64,000 nt of DNA, from NCBI GenBank assembly GCA_026770705.1, contig JANJGN010000071.1, positions 1,364,001-1,428,000 on the forward strand. Direction: 5' to 3'. This DNA comes from Isurus oxyrinchus. Taxonomy: Eukaryota. The position numbers and the translations under genes were made by a program. Positions 12,310-25,254 of the stretch are shown here, piece after piece (within the stretch, counting starts at the first letter, position 1; every line of letters begins with the position of its first letter). The notes below the pieces were generated by a model that was not told the origin of the DNA, searched no databases, and was given only the letters and a program-made list of their open reading frames with translations.

Positions 12310-12510
12310 CCCCTACCCCACATCACTCCTTAAACCAGCTTATATTTCAACACTTTCTTGGACTCAAACTCAAGTTCTGTCGAAGGGTCATGAGGACTTG
12401 AAACGTCAACTCTTTTCTCTCCGCCGATGCTGCCAGACCTGCTGAGTTTTTCCAGGTAATTCTGTATTTGTTTTGGATTTCCAGCATCCGCAGTTTTTTT
12501 GTTTTTATCT
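12040..12510. mobile_element. Penelope-like inverted terminal element (hairpin-forming), present in left arm only
   Basis: AAACAGAATTACCTGGAAAAACTCAGCAGGTCTGGCAGCATC...GACCCTTCGACAGAACT followed by its reverse complement. Related copies lie at ~51735-51885, ~58830-58920 and ~63780-63995. Confidence 0.6.
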
Positions 12511-13610
12511 CTGAGGGAGTGCTGCACTGTCAGAGGGTCAGTAATGAGGGAGTGCTGCACTATCAGAGGGTCAGTACTGAGGGAGTGCTGCACTGTCAGA
12601 GGGTCAGTACTGAGGGAGTGCTGCACTGTCAGAGGGTCAGTAATGAGGGAGTGCTGCACTATCAGAGGGTCAGTACTGAGGGAGTGCTGCACTGTTGGAG
12701 TGTCAGGAGTGAGGGAGTGCTGCAATTGTCGGAGGGTCAGTACTGAAGGAGTGCTGCACTGTCAGACGGTCAGTAATGTGGGAGTGTTCCACCATCAGAG
12801 GGTCAGTAATGAGGGTGTGCTGCACTGTCGGAGGGTCAGTTCTCATGGAGTGCTGAACTGTTGGCGGGTGTGTACTGAGTGATTTCCGCACAGTTGGAGG
12901 GTCAGTATTGAGGGGGTGCCGGACTGTGGTAGGGTTAGTACTGAGGTAGAGCGGAGTGTGAAGATATATCCTTTCATGGCAACTTTTAAATAGAATTTAT
13001 TTAAACAGAATTATTGTACTGTGTGTAATGCAAAAGAAAGGATTTGAGGAACTAAGTCATGTTGCCGTAAGCCTAAAAATAATTTTCACCGATTTCCATG
13101 ATTTAGCATTGAAACCTCCCTCTTTGGGCACCAGTCTTGATTCAAACAACTCGCTCAGCACAGTGGGAGGGTGAGTACTGATGGAGTGCTGCACTGTGGG
13201 AGGGTGAGTACTGAGGGAGTGCTGCACTGTGGGAGGGTGTGTACTGAGGGAGTGCTGCACCGTGGGAGGGTGAGTACTGAGGGAGTGCTGCACTGTGGGA
13301 GGGTGAGTACTGAGGGAGTGCTGCACTGTGGGAGGGTGTGTACTGAGGGAGTGCTGCACTGTGGGAGGGTGAATACTGAGGGAATGCTGCACTCTGGGTG
13401 GGTGAGTACTGAGGGAGTGCTGCACTGTCAGATTGTCATCCATGAGGGAGTGCTGCACTGTCAGAAGGTCAATGATGACGGGGTGCTGCACTTGAAAAGG
13501 GTCAATAATGAGGTAGTGCAGCACTGTCAGAGGGACAGTAATGAGGGAGCGCTGCACTGACAGAGGGTCAGGACTGAGAATATGCTGCACTTTCAGTTCT
13601 GAGCGTGGTC
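12510..13610 (+). repeat. 33-bp minisatellite (GAGGGAGTGCTGCACTGTCAGAGGGTCAGTACT), G-rich orientation, interrupted by a ~190-bp cassette
   Basis: Direct reading of tandem units. Produces the spurious 11-aa repeat ORFs (TVQHSLSTDPL). Confidence 0.9.
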
Positions 13611-13619
13611 TGCACTGTC

Positions 13620-14250
13620 CTAAGTGCATTCTAGGCGCTGACCAAGATTCCGCCTGATGTCTGTGTAACAACAACATCATGTACACGTCGAGAATAATTC
13701 TCACTGTGTCTGTGCAGCAGGACAGCTTTGGAATGGCACCACCACTGGCAGCAGTGTGCAACTACAATGTGACATGTTTACATGGGAAATTCCTATTATA
13801 AAGATGGGCTGAGGAACTCATATGATGGAGAAAAGGTGACAGCATGAAGCTATGTCTTTGAGCCAAGTATTTGGCAGCAAAATAAGAATTTTAATCTATA
13901 AATATCTACAGAACAGGCTGAGCATTTTAATTACTTGTGTTAATCAATGTAATTTTATTCATAACCTAAATGCTTCTTACAATCTATCGCAGCATGAAAA
14001 AGGTGCAGCATTCAGAAAGCACATTCCAATCAGAGAACACAGTTTAGCAACGTCACATTTCTGTTCATTCCTATTCGACCATGTTGGCTGCACACAGCCA
14101 GACAATGCCGTGGTTATGATGTGTCCACACAGCAGGACTGGGGAGCACCAGGTATAAGGAAAAGTTTCAGCTTGCTGAGGAGAAGAAGGAGAATCTCTCG
14201 TTCCAGGTTTCTCTCCGTACATTAAGAAGCAGGCATGCCGATGTTTCATT
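13620..14250 (-). pseudogene. Orphan copy of gene C 3' region / 3' UTR
   Basis: Near-identical to ~59400-60011 in the same orientation. Ends abruptly at GATGTTTCATT (14250). Confidence 0.75.
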
Positions 14251-14389
14251 CACCAGACCCTACAACCCTCCCTTTGAATGTAAACTCCTCCCATCCCTAC
14301 AAATCACCTTTCTCTGTTACAGATTCATGCCCCTAAAGCATCCCTTTCACTGTAACCTCCACCATCCCTACAACACCCCCATTCAGATC

Positions 14390-17300
14390 TCCCTCAGTAC
14401 AGAGGCTCCAACAGAGCAGCAGTCCCTCAGTACTGACTCTCTGACAGTGCAGCACTCCCTCAGTACTCGCCCTCCCACAGTGCAGCACTCCCTCAGTACT
14501 GACTCTCTGACAGTGCAGCACTCCCTCAGTACTCGCCCTCCCACAGTGCACCACTCCCTTAGTACTGACCCTCCCACAGTGCAGCACTCCATCAGTACTG
14601 AACCTCCCACAGTGCAGCACTCCCCCAGTACTCATCCGCCAACAGTGCAGCACTCCCTTAGCACTGACCCTTCCACATTGCAGCACTCCCTCAGCACTGA
14701 CCCTCCCACAGTGCAAAACTCCCTCAGCACTCACCCTCCCACAGTGCAGCACTCCCTCAGTATTGACCCACCCACAGTGCAGCACTCCCTCAGTACTCAC
14801 CCTCCCACATTACAGCACTCCCTCAGTACTCACCCTCCCACAGTGCAGCAATCCCTCAGCACTCACCCTCCCACAGTGCAGCACTCCCTCATTACTCACC
14901 CTCCCACAGTGCATCACTCCCTCGGTACTCACCCTCCCACATTGCAGGCAATCCCTCCGTACTTACAATCCCACTGTACAGCAGTCCCTCAGTACTCACC
15001 CTCACACAGTGCAGCACTCCCTCAGCACTCACCCTGCAACAGTGCAGCACTCCCTCAGCACTCACCCTCCCACAGTGCTGCATTCCTTCAGTACTGACCC
15101 TCCCACAGTGCAGCACTCCCTCAGTACTCACACTGCGACAATGCAGCACTCCCTCAGCACTGACTGTCCCACAGTGCAGCACTCCCTCAATACTGACCTT
15201 CCCACAGTGCGGTACTCCCTCAGAACTGACCTCCCACCAGTGCCGCACTCCCTCAGTACTGACCCAGCCACAGTGCAGCACTTCCTCAGTGCTCACCCTC
15301 CCACAGTGCAGCACTCCCTCAGTACTCACCCTCCCACAGTGCTGTGTGAGTTGTTTCAATCAAGACTGGTGCACAAAGAGGGAGGTTTCAATGCTAAATC
15401 ATTGAAATCGGTGAAAATTATTTTTAGCCTGAGGGGAACATTGCTTAGTTCCTCAAATCCTTTCTTTTGCAATAAGACACAGTACAAGAATTCTGTTTAA
15501 ATAAATTCTATTTAAACATTGCTAGGAAAGGATAGATCCACAAAATCTGCACTCCTTGAGTAAAGTGAAACGTACAGGACTAATCTATTTATACTGAGCT
15601 GATGATAGAGAATTTTACACAAGGCATGTTGCTAATTTCAAACATCATCTGAAGAATGGCAGGTCTGACAGCGCAGCACTCCCTCAGTACTGACCTTCCA
15701 ACAGTGCAGCTCTCCCTCAGTACTGAACATCCAAAAGTGCCGCACACCCACATTACTCAGCCTCTCACAGTGCAGCACTCCCTCAGCACTCACCCGCCCA
15801 CATTGCAGCACTCCTCAGTACTTACAATCCCACAGTGCAGCACTCCCTCAGTACTGACCCTCCCACAGTGCAGCACTCTCTCAGTACTCTCCCTCCCACA
15901 GTGTTGCCCTCCCTCAGCACTCACCCTCCCAAAGTGCAGCACTCCCACTGTACTCACAATCCCACAGTGCAGAACGCGCTAAGAACTGACCCTCTGACAG
16001 TGCAGCACTCCCTCAGTACTGACACTCTGACAGTGCAGCACTCCCTCAGTACTGACCCTCTGACAGTGCAGCACTCCCTCAGTACTGACCCTCTGACAGT
16101 GCAGCACTCCCTCAGCACTCATCCTCCCACAGTGCAGCATTCCCTCAGTACTGACCCTTTGACAGTGCAGCACTCCCTCAGTAGTCACCCTCCCACAGTG
16201 CAGCACTCCCTCAATACTCACCCTACCACAGTGCAGCACTCCCTCAGTACTGACCCTCCCACAGTGCAGCACTCCCTCAGTACTGATCCTCCCACAGTGC
16301 AGCACTCCCTGATTAATGTCCCTCTGACAGTGCAGCACTCCCTCAGTACTGACCCTCCCACAGTGCAGCACTACTTCAGTACTGACCCTCCCACAGTGCA
16401 GCACTCCATCAGTACTCTCCCTCCCACAATGCAGCACTCCCTCAGTACTGACCCTCCCACTGTGCAGCACTCCCTCAGTACTCACCCTCCCACAGTGCAG
16501 CACTCCATCAGTACTCACCCTCCCACAGTGCAGCACTCCATCAGTACTCACCCTCCCACAGTGCTGTGTGAGTTGTTTCAATCAAGACTGGTGCCCAAAG
16601 AGAGAGGTTTCAATGCTAAATCATTGAAATCAGTGAAAATTATTTTTAGGCTTACGGGAACAAGACTTAGTTCCTCAAATCCTTTCTTTTGCAATAAGAC
16701 ACAGTACAAGAATTCTGTTTAAATAAATTCTATTTAAACATTGCTAGGAAAGGATAGATCCACAAACTCTGCACTCCCTGAGTGAAGTGAAACGTACAGG
16801 ACTAATCTATTTATACTGAGCTGATGATAGAGAATTTTACACAAGGCATGTTGCTAATTTCAAACATCATCTGAAGAATGGCAGGTCTGACAGCGCAGCA
16901 CTCCCTCAGTACTGACCTTCCAACAGTGCAGCTCTCCCTCAGCACTGAACATCCAAAAGTGCCGCACACCCACATTACTCAGCCTCTCACAGTGCAGCAC
17001 TCCCTCAGCACTCACCCGCCCACAGTGCAGCACTCCCTCAGCACTCATCCTCCCACAGTGCAGCATTCCCTCAGTACTGACCCTTTGACAGTGCAGCACT
17101 CCCTCAGTAGTCACCCTCCCACAGTGCAGCACTCCCTCAGCACTCACCCTCCCACAGTGCAGCACTCCCTCAGTACTCACCCTCCCACAGTGCAGCACTC
17201 TCTCAGTACTCTCCCTCCCACAGTGTTGCCCTCCCTCAGCACTCACCCTCCCAAAGAGCAGCACTCCCACTGTACTCACAATCCCACAGTGCAGAACCCG

Positions 17301-18270
17301 CTAAGAACTGACCCTCTGACAGTGCAACACTCCCTCAGTACTGACCCTCCCACAGTGCAGCACTCCCTCAGTACTCACCCTCCCACAGTGCAGCACTCCC
17401 TCAGTGCTCTCCTTCCCACAGTGCAGCACTCCCTCAGTACTCACCCTCCCACAGTGCAGCACTCCCTCAGTACTCACCTCCCACAGTGCTGTGTGAGTTG
17501 TTTCAATCAAGACTGGTGCACAAAGAGGGAGGTTTCAATGCTAAATCATTGAAATCAGTGAAAATTATTTTTAGGCTTACGGGAACAAGACTTAGTTCCT
17601 CAAATCCTTTCTTTTGCAATAACACACAGTACAAGAATTCTGTTTAAATAAATTCCAGTTAAACTTTGCCATGAAAGGATATCTCCTCACACTGTGCACT
17701 ACCTCAGTACTAACCCTCCCACAGTCCGGCAACCCCTCAATACTGACCCTCCGACTGTGCGGAACTCACTCAGTACAGACCCGCCGACAGTTCAGCACTC
17801 CCACATTACTGACCCTCTGACAGTGCAGCACTCCCTCGGTACAGACCCTCTGACAGTGCAGCAGTCCCTCAGTACTGACTCTCTGACAGTAAAGCACTCC
17901 CTCATTAATGACCCTCTGACAGTGCAGCACTCCCACATTACTTACCTTCTGACAGTGCAGCACTCCCTCATTACTGACATTAAGACAGTGCAGCATTCCC
18001 ACAATTCTTACGCTCCAACAGTGCGGCACTCCCTCAGTACTGACTCTCCTACAATTCAGCACTTTCTCAATACTGACACCAGACAGTACAGCGCTCCCTC
18101 AGTACTGACTCTCTGACAATGCAGCAATGCCTCAGTACTGACACTCTGACAGTGCAGCACTCCCTTGTTACTGACGCCCTGACAGTGCAGCACTCCCTCA
18201 GTACTGACCCTCTGACAGTGCAGCTCTCCCTCGGTGCTGACCCCCTGACAGTGCGGCACTCCCTCAGTAA
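14390..18270 (-). repeat. 33-bp minisatellite arrays (C-rich orientation) with higher-order ~1-1.2 kb duplications
   Basis: Tandem 33-mers. A unique cassette GTGCTGTGTGAGTTGTTTCAATCAAGACTGG... recurs at ~15340, ~16560 and ~17487. Confidence 0.9.
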
Positions 18271-18491
18271 TGCTACCAGGGATTATCAACCTGGATCATT
18301 TGGCCAGAGACCTGTATTGGGAACTCTGTCGCCTGAGTTTCAGCCTCCGAGGTGAGGGGCAGGAGTCTAATCCCACAGAGCCAATGAAGAAGCTTCATGA
18401 CTACAGCTGCCCAAATATGAGCTGACAGATCATCACATGGTAAACATTTTGCTGAGAGCACAAAACATCCTCGATCTTCTCACTGATTACC

Positions 18492-18505
18492 CACTTCCTC
18501 ATTTT
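18492..18505. promoter_or_regulatory. PU.1/ETS-type site in putative gene B promoter
   Basis: CACTTCCTCATTTT, the mirror of 11723-11736. Confidence 0.45.
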
Positions 18506-18539
18506 GTCTCACAGAGACACATCCACCCTTTCTAATTCA

Positions 18540-18632
18540 ATACACAGAGGGAGCAGCACAGGAAGAGGTCATTCAGCTCAAGCAGAGCGTGTGGGCAGTT
18601 CCTCCCCAGGCGAGCAGTCGGACAGGTCCTGG
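18540..18632 (+). other. Gene B probable non-coding first exon
   Basis: GG|GTAAGT donor at 18633 and a downstream acceptor ttctctttcacag ending at 19042. Confidence 0.5.
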
Positions 18633-19082
18633 GTAAGTAACGGAACGATTGGAATTCACTTCCACCACCAACACCGTCCTTTGTTGTTGTTGTGACTTTA
18701 TAAAGACAGATTCCAATGATTGATGCCTTTGAAAGATTTCTACTGATTATTGAGATCTGGGTGTGAGGCTCAAGTCTGTTGTACAGAACATCTTTCTAGC
18801 TCAAGGGATGAGGTAAGTGCAGAGACATGAGTTTTGGGGTGTCCTGAGCAGGTGAAAGGCGATATAGAAATGCAAATCCTTCATTGTTTTACTTTCTTAA
18901 AGCCTAGTAGTTCTCTGCAGAGCACCCATCATCCCACAGAGAATCAAATTAGTCTGTGAAGACATTGTCTAAATGCAGTTCTGATCTCTCGACAGCTGTC
19001 GGACAAGAGGTGAGGTCTCATTAACTCCGTTCTCTTTCACAGCTTGAAAGTGAGAAGTGGATGGAATATCTGGGAGTGGACA

Positions 19083-19122
19083 ATGATCGGGAAATCTTAC
19101 TTCCTCCTGTCACTTCTCCAAG
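19083..19122 (+). CDS. Gene B leader exon, coding part MIGKSYFLLSLLQ; exon 19043-19122
   Basis: ATG at 19083 and phase-1 GT donor at 19123, in frame with the V exons. Confidence 0.85.
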
Positions 19123-22100
19123 GTAATATCATCGTCAGCTCGGACAGATTTATGGTGAATAGTCTTTGTAAAAGAACATTCTTATTGAGCTGTGATTGGG
19201 AACCGATTCAGCAGTGAGCCAGCGTACAAACTCACACCAAGTCCCATTCACCCATCACCCCTGTGCTCACTGATATACACTGACTCCCTGTCTGACAGCA
19301 GAATTGGAGGAGAGCAGAGATCTCAGAGGGTTTTAGGGTTGGAGGAGGTTACAGGGATTGGGAGTGTAGAGGGGGGATGGTGGGGTAAGAAATCGATGAT
19401 GAGAATTTGAAATTTGAGTCATTGCTGGACTGGGAGCCAGTGTAGGTCAGTGAGTGACAGGGGAGCGATCGGCTGAATAGAGAATCAGGGATAAAAACTG
19501 GGGAATGAGGTCTATCCCGATGTTAGGACTCGGATAACATTGCCCTGAAATTTTGTGTCTTTTGCTGATTTTAGTCAGAATTTCCCATGAAGACAGCACA
19601 GCAGCTCCTAGAATAGACAGGCTGTTCAGTGTCACACTTCCTGTCCATTCTCACCTTGCTAGATACTTCAATAAGGGAGCAAGATAACTGAAAGAGAGAA
19701 GGAAGGCAAAGCTGTCTGTGTGTAAAACTGTCAAATATTCTGAGTTATCATGATTGTTTCTGATCTGCTGCAGAGTTTATATTTCATTGAAACTTATCAC
19801 TTTGCAGCTCAGAGAGAGACCATTGACTCACTGCCTGAAAGGCCGGTGGAAGCAGATTCAACAGGAACTTTCAGAAGGGGAACTGGATAAATACTTGAAG
19901 GGGACATTTTGCAGGGCTGTGGAGGAGAGAGCAGAGGTGAGAGTGGGACTAATTGGACAGGTCTTTCAAAGACCCAGCACATGCTCGATGGGCCAAATGG
20001 CTTCCTTCTCTTCCGGATCATTCTACAGTCTGATAAATTAAGCCCCACATCAATAACTCTTAAGGCTCCGGCTGCAGGGATGGATATTTGAGAGGGAAAA
20101 GGGAACAAGAGGTTTCTGGTATCATATTCATATTTCTTGACAATTACATAAGTGTATAGATCTGTTGAATATTTGAGTCTCTAAAGTGTAGAGGTAATCT
20201 GCTATTACGCCCAGATCTTGTGGTGTTAACCTTGTCTGGTTGTGTCTTTAATTGCTCACAGTGATCTGTGGGATTGTCATTCTTGCATGTTGTCCCTGAT
20301 TTCAAATAGCATTTTGCCCTTGATGCAAGTGGGGAGGCTTTAAACTAACATGGCAGGGGATGGGATCCTGAGAGTAGTTTCAGCAGAGGGAGATGCACAG
20401 CCAAAATTAGAAGAGAGAGCAAGTGAACCTGGCCAGTTAAAGCACAATATCATGTGGCAAAGTTGGATTGTATTTATTTTAATGCAAGGAGTCTGACAGA
20501 CTTGCATTCTCCTGCAGGTGTGATGTTGCAGCTCCCTTGAAACTGCCAATATTGTTGAAACTTTCTGCATATTTCAATGTTATGTCATGAGCTGAGGTGA
20601 TGCGCTAGTTTCTGAGACATAAATCCATTGGCTTTCGGCCAGACCGGACAATCCTGGCAGTGGGTGGGGCCAGAACATCCCACCCCTATGGGACATTTTC
20701 AGTTTACTTGATGATGCCAGAGAGATCATTAAGGACAACAATCCACAATTTATTGGCAAGCCACGTCAGGATATGTGTGAGAGGTAGAATATCGATCACC
20801 GCTCCTCGTCTCGCCGTGCACATCATCGCCATTTCCTGGTTTGTCAGTCACCACATGTCTATGTTCCTGATGGGATAGTGGATGGTCATTCTTATTGCTT
20901 GAAGGTTCCCCATTGTGTAGGGTCTGTTTGGATCAGCACACGGCTCTCTGTAGCTGCATCAGCCTTTGCTCTAGTGCCTTGCCGCTGTCAATGGCCATTT
21001 CTGCCACAAGCCTTGCAGGATTAGTGGAAAGCTGGGCATTTCCTTGGTGCTTGCAGAAGGCCACACCTTCCACATGTCTCACTAGGTTTGGATATTCTAG
21101 TGAGTGTGTCAACAATTGATGTTGTACTGAGGACCTGTAAGCTTCGTTGACCTGCGAGGATCACTTCGTATTTATGTCCATCCTTGAGTAGCTCTTCAAT
21201 GCTTTAGGATTTGGTCTTATCTAGCAGATCTTTCTGGAAGGCTTCCATGGGAGTGGATGCGATCACCAACTCAACAACTGTGTCTGCAGGCTGTGTGTTT
21301 GAAATCACAGTGCGTACCCTTTTCTCTACATCGGCTGATGAAGTGGTCTATGGATTGTGTAGGCTGATGAAATGACATAAACTCTAGTTGATGAATATGG
21401 AGTTTCACCTGATTCTGAACCTGTCTTCCAATATCGTCCATATCTATTGGGGATCCTTTCACTCTTCTGCTGTTAATCCTGACGTGTTCAGCCTGTGTAG
21501 ACCTTCATTCCCAATCGCGAGGTGAATTTTTATAGCTTGTTCGTCTGGTTCAGTCACACCTGAATCAGGAAACCAGAGCGCTGTACGCTGTTTAAACATT
21601 CTGAATTCAGATAGTCGGTCAGCTACATCCCAGTTCAAACTGGGGAATTTCGTGGACATTCTGACAATATTCCTTTGACCTTCCTTGACATGAGAACAGA
21701 TATACAGGGATAGAAAGCTGGGAGACACCTGCAGCCAAACTGTGTGAGCTGTGTTCTGCTCACAGACCAAAGTGAAACTTGGACTGGATGGTGTTATCAT
21801 CCCAGCTGATGTTACTACTGGGCAAGTCAGATCCCAGGGTGGAACTCAGCTTGATAGGTCCTAACTTTTATTGTTTATTTAGGAATGTGGAGTGCGGCTA
21901 CTGAACACAGTCACAGGAGTCATCTGATGAACTTCTAACAAAAGAATAAAATATTTATTAAACAAGAAAGGATGATCTATAGGACAATACTGCTTCACCC
22001 AGACCTATATCTTTACAGATATATACAGATTCATAAGGATAACACAAGTTACAATGGCTTCTATCTTGTGTTTGTTTTGACTTTCCTTCAAGAGTCACCC

Positions 22101-22316
22101 AACCCCATTAGATTGCTCGCTTCTATAAAAATGAAGCCAAAACTCAAGTTTCCCCCTTTCATAACACACAAATACTGTAACCAAACTAAACTTGAACTTA
22201 AAGATATACCTTATGCCTAACACACACAAAACACACCTAACTTATGTAAGCTATCCCCTGTTCCTAAAAATCACAGTGATGTCATGCTGCTGTCCCTGAA
22301 AGGCGTATTACAACAG

Positions 22317-23242
22317 TGTTATCACTTGGCAGGTGATGTGTGCCAGGCAGACCAAGTCCCTGAGAGAAAGGTGGTCACATGATCATAATGATTTTGCAAT
22401 TTGTATTTATTACGAGAGGTGTGCACTTAATTCAGAAGCAATAATTACACCAAGACCTTTAGAGATTTGAAAATTAAATTAAAATACTTGCTCTCAAAAT
22501 AAAAGATTTCAAGCACATACAATACTCTACAATTACCACTATAGTAATTCTTAAAATTCCAAATTAACCTGACTCCCAGTTACACTCCCTTTAAGGCAAC
22601 GGTCTGAAAATAGACTTTATATTTAAAACAAACTCAGCAAGTTAACACAATACAATAGCAATACCGAACAGTGGAATTCCAAGTGGCTTTTCCCCAACTT
22701 CAGTTCTGTTGGATAGCAGGCTTGTGCACAAATGCTTGAGGTTTCATTAAGACTATATCACACACTAGTGTTAGATCTTACATGGCATTCTGACACATAG
22801 CCTTTCATTCTCCCTGATAGATATATATTTCTCTCTTTGTAACATGAAAATTCTATTGTTCCAAATGTTTTTGAAACTGTATCTTCCTCATAACAAATTC
22901 TTTCGTGGTGCCCATATTGCCAGGAGCCTTTGAGAAAAATAAACACATTCCTTAGTCTTGCTTATCTGGCGAGTTGTAAACAAACTAAGATTCCTTTGAA
23001 ATCCAACAACCCCTTCATTGATATAAAAATGCAAATTCTCTTCATACCTTCCATGCTAAGCAGCATCCATGTTTCCTCAATAGCATGTCAAGCACCTAGC
23101 TCCTTTGGATAATTTTAAACTGACAAACTAATTAACTCCAAATGTACTTAAATCACATGCAGACCCGATTATACACACCCCAATAAACCTACTTCACAAT
23201 AAACCAGAAAAATATTATGAAAATTATTATACTTTCATCACA
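22317..23242 (-). mobile_element. Solo LTR-like element (same family as 35215-36109; truncated mirror at ~6035-6436)
   Basis: TGTGATGAAAGTATAAT...GATAACA termini and similarity to the 35215-36109 insert. Confidence 0.6.
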
Positions 23243-23646
23243 ATAGGAATCACTGCCTTAGACATTGAGGATATCGGACAGCTAGGCTAATTAGTGATTC
23301 ATGACGGTGATAATGGGGGGAGTTCTGAGGGCTCCTAATCCATTGTCCTGTCTTGTAAATCAGCACTGAATGGATGTCAATTGGTGGGTCTTGCAGACAC
23401 TGTGTTGGGTGGAAGACTGGCTTCACTAAACAGGTTCCTGAGGACCATGAGCCAATGTAGAATGAACTTGTCCACTCCTGTGTCGAGGATTCTCTTCCAT
23501 CCATTGTGAAACTTTGGGAAGTTCATTGTGTGTCCTGTAGATGGTCCATACTGCAGCCACTGTGCCCCAGTGATGGAGGGGGTGGATATCAAGTCTAGTG
23601 GATCGAAAAAATATTCAGAGTTAAATATTGATATTTCTCTCCCCAG

Positions 23647-24021
23647 TTGGACTGTCACAAGAGTGGAAAGGTGACACTCCACGAGAGGTGACAGTGCAGG
23701 AAGGATCGTGTGAACAGATTCCATGTCATTACGGTTATCCAGCACATTTGGTCAGGAGATCACTTGTCGGAATCTGGTATATGAGAAGGTATTGGGATAG
23801 ATGGTCAACATGGTCTATAGCATTCCACTCCGTGGATCACAGTCACGAGTTACCATTGTTCCACCATCGGACACGGCTGTCTGGAGACCTGAAAGATGGC
23901 GACTGTTCCCTGATTATAAACAACATCAGACGGGAAGATGCAGGATATTATTTTTTCGGAATAGAATTTGACAATGGTCCGAGCCATAACTATTACCCTG
24001 TAACCCAGCTTCACGTTTCTG
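23647..24021 (+). CDS. Gene B distal V-set Ig exon (Siglec-type; essential Arg replaced by Gly, YFFGIE)
   Basis: AG/GT bounded, 375 nt, phase 1-1, open frame. GGA at 23958-23960 where the paralogues have AGA. Confidence 0.92.
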
Positions 24022-25254
24022 GTAAGTGCTGTGTTATAATTACTCAACAATTCACATCCAACACTCAATGGGAAATAATAGTGTTTGATTTGCTTGTTTT
24101 TTGGCCGTGTTAACCAGCGTCACTATTTTTAATGATTTGTCTATTTCTGCTCCCAGATCCATGAGCTTATTGTGTGTGATTGAATCCACATCATAGCTGT
24201 AACATAAACCGAGCTGAGGGGTGATGACACCTCCCCCCTGAGTGAAGTGTCTCCTCCCCACTACACCTTCCACCCCTCACACTGTCCGTGTAAACCCCCG
24301 TCCCATCTCCAGCCTCTCGTTGCCCTCCAAAGTCCTTGAACGTGTTTCCATCTCCCGAATCCGTTCCCATCTTTCCTGGAACTCCATGTTTGAATCCCTC
24401 CAATCAGGTTCCCACCCCAGCCACTGTGCTGAAACAGCTCTTATCAAGGTCACAAATGGCATCCTGTGTGACTGTGACAAAGGTCAACTTTCCCTCCTCG
24501 TCCTTCTCGATCTGTCTGCAGCCTTTGACATGCTCCACCACACCATCCTCCTCCAACACCTCTCCACTGTCGTCCAGCTGGGTGGGACTGCTCTCCCCTG
24601 GCTCCATTCTTATTCATCTCATCGTAGCCAGAGAATCACTTGCAATGGCTTTGCAGCATCATCTGAACAGTGTTAGTTTTCACCTGTCCACTGAGGATGC
24701 CCAGCTCTACCTCACCACCACCTCTCTCGACTCCTCCACTGCTGCTAAATTATCAGGCTGCTTATCCGACATCCAGTACTGGATGGGCAGAAATTCCCTC
24801 CAATTAAATATTGGAAAGACTGAAGCCATTGTCTTCATTCCCCGCTCCAAACTCTGTTCCCTCGCTACCAACACCATTCCTCTCCCTGACAGCTCTCTGA
24901 GATTGAAGCCAATCTGTTCACAGCTTTGTTGTCCCATTTGATCCTGAGATGAGCTTCCGGCCTCATATCTGCGCCCTCACTAACACCGTCTATTTCCACC
25001 TCCATAACATCGCGCGACGTCACCCTGTCTCAGCTCATCTGCTGCTGAAACCCTCATCCACGCCTTCATTACCTCCAGACTCGACTGTTCCAACACACGG
25101 TCTACACTCCATAAACTTGAGGCCATCCAAAACTGCTGACCACGTCCTTACTCACACCAAGTCCCATTCCCTTATCACCCGCTCTGCTCGATGACCGAGA
25201 CTGGCTCCTGGTCAAGCAAAGTCTCAATGTCCAAATTTTCATCTTTGTTTCCTC

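Larger units (their letters stand above)
732..13400 (-). repeat. Left arm of ~12 kb inverted segmental duplication
   Basis: Colinear reverse-complement match of exons, introns and embedded transposons to ~17400-29433, with scattered substitutions and a few large indels. Confidence 0.93.

Noticed and set aside
12510-13610. Regular ~33-37 bp repeats resembling a CRISPR array
   Set aside because: Units are contiguous with no unique spacers, there are no cas genes, and the context is vertebrate.
14327-18355. Long ORFs (up to 295 aa) of TVQHSLSTDPP / EGVLHCGRVST repeats, also at 33398-34270 and 58725-59479
   Set aside because: They are translations of the 33-bp SINE-derived minisatellite. The unit length is divisible by 3, so frames stay open on both strands. 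There is no gene structure.
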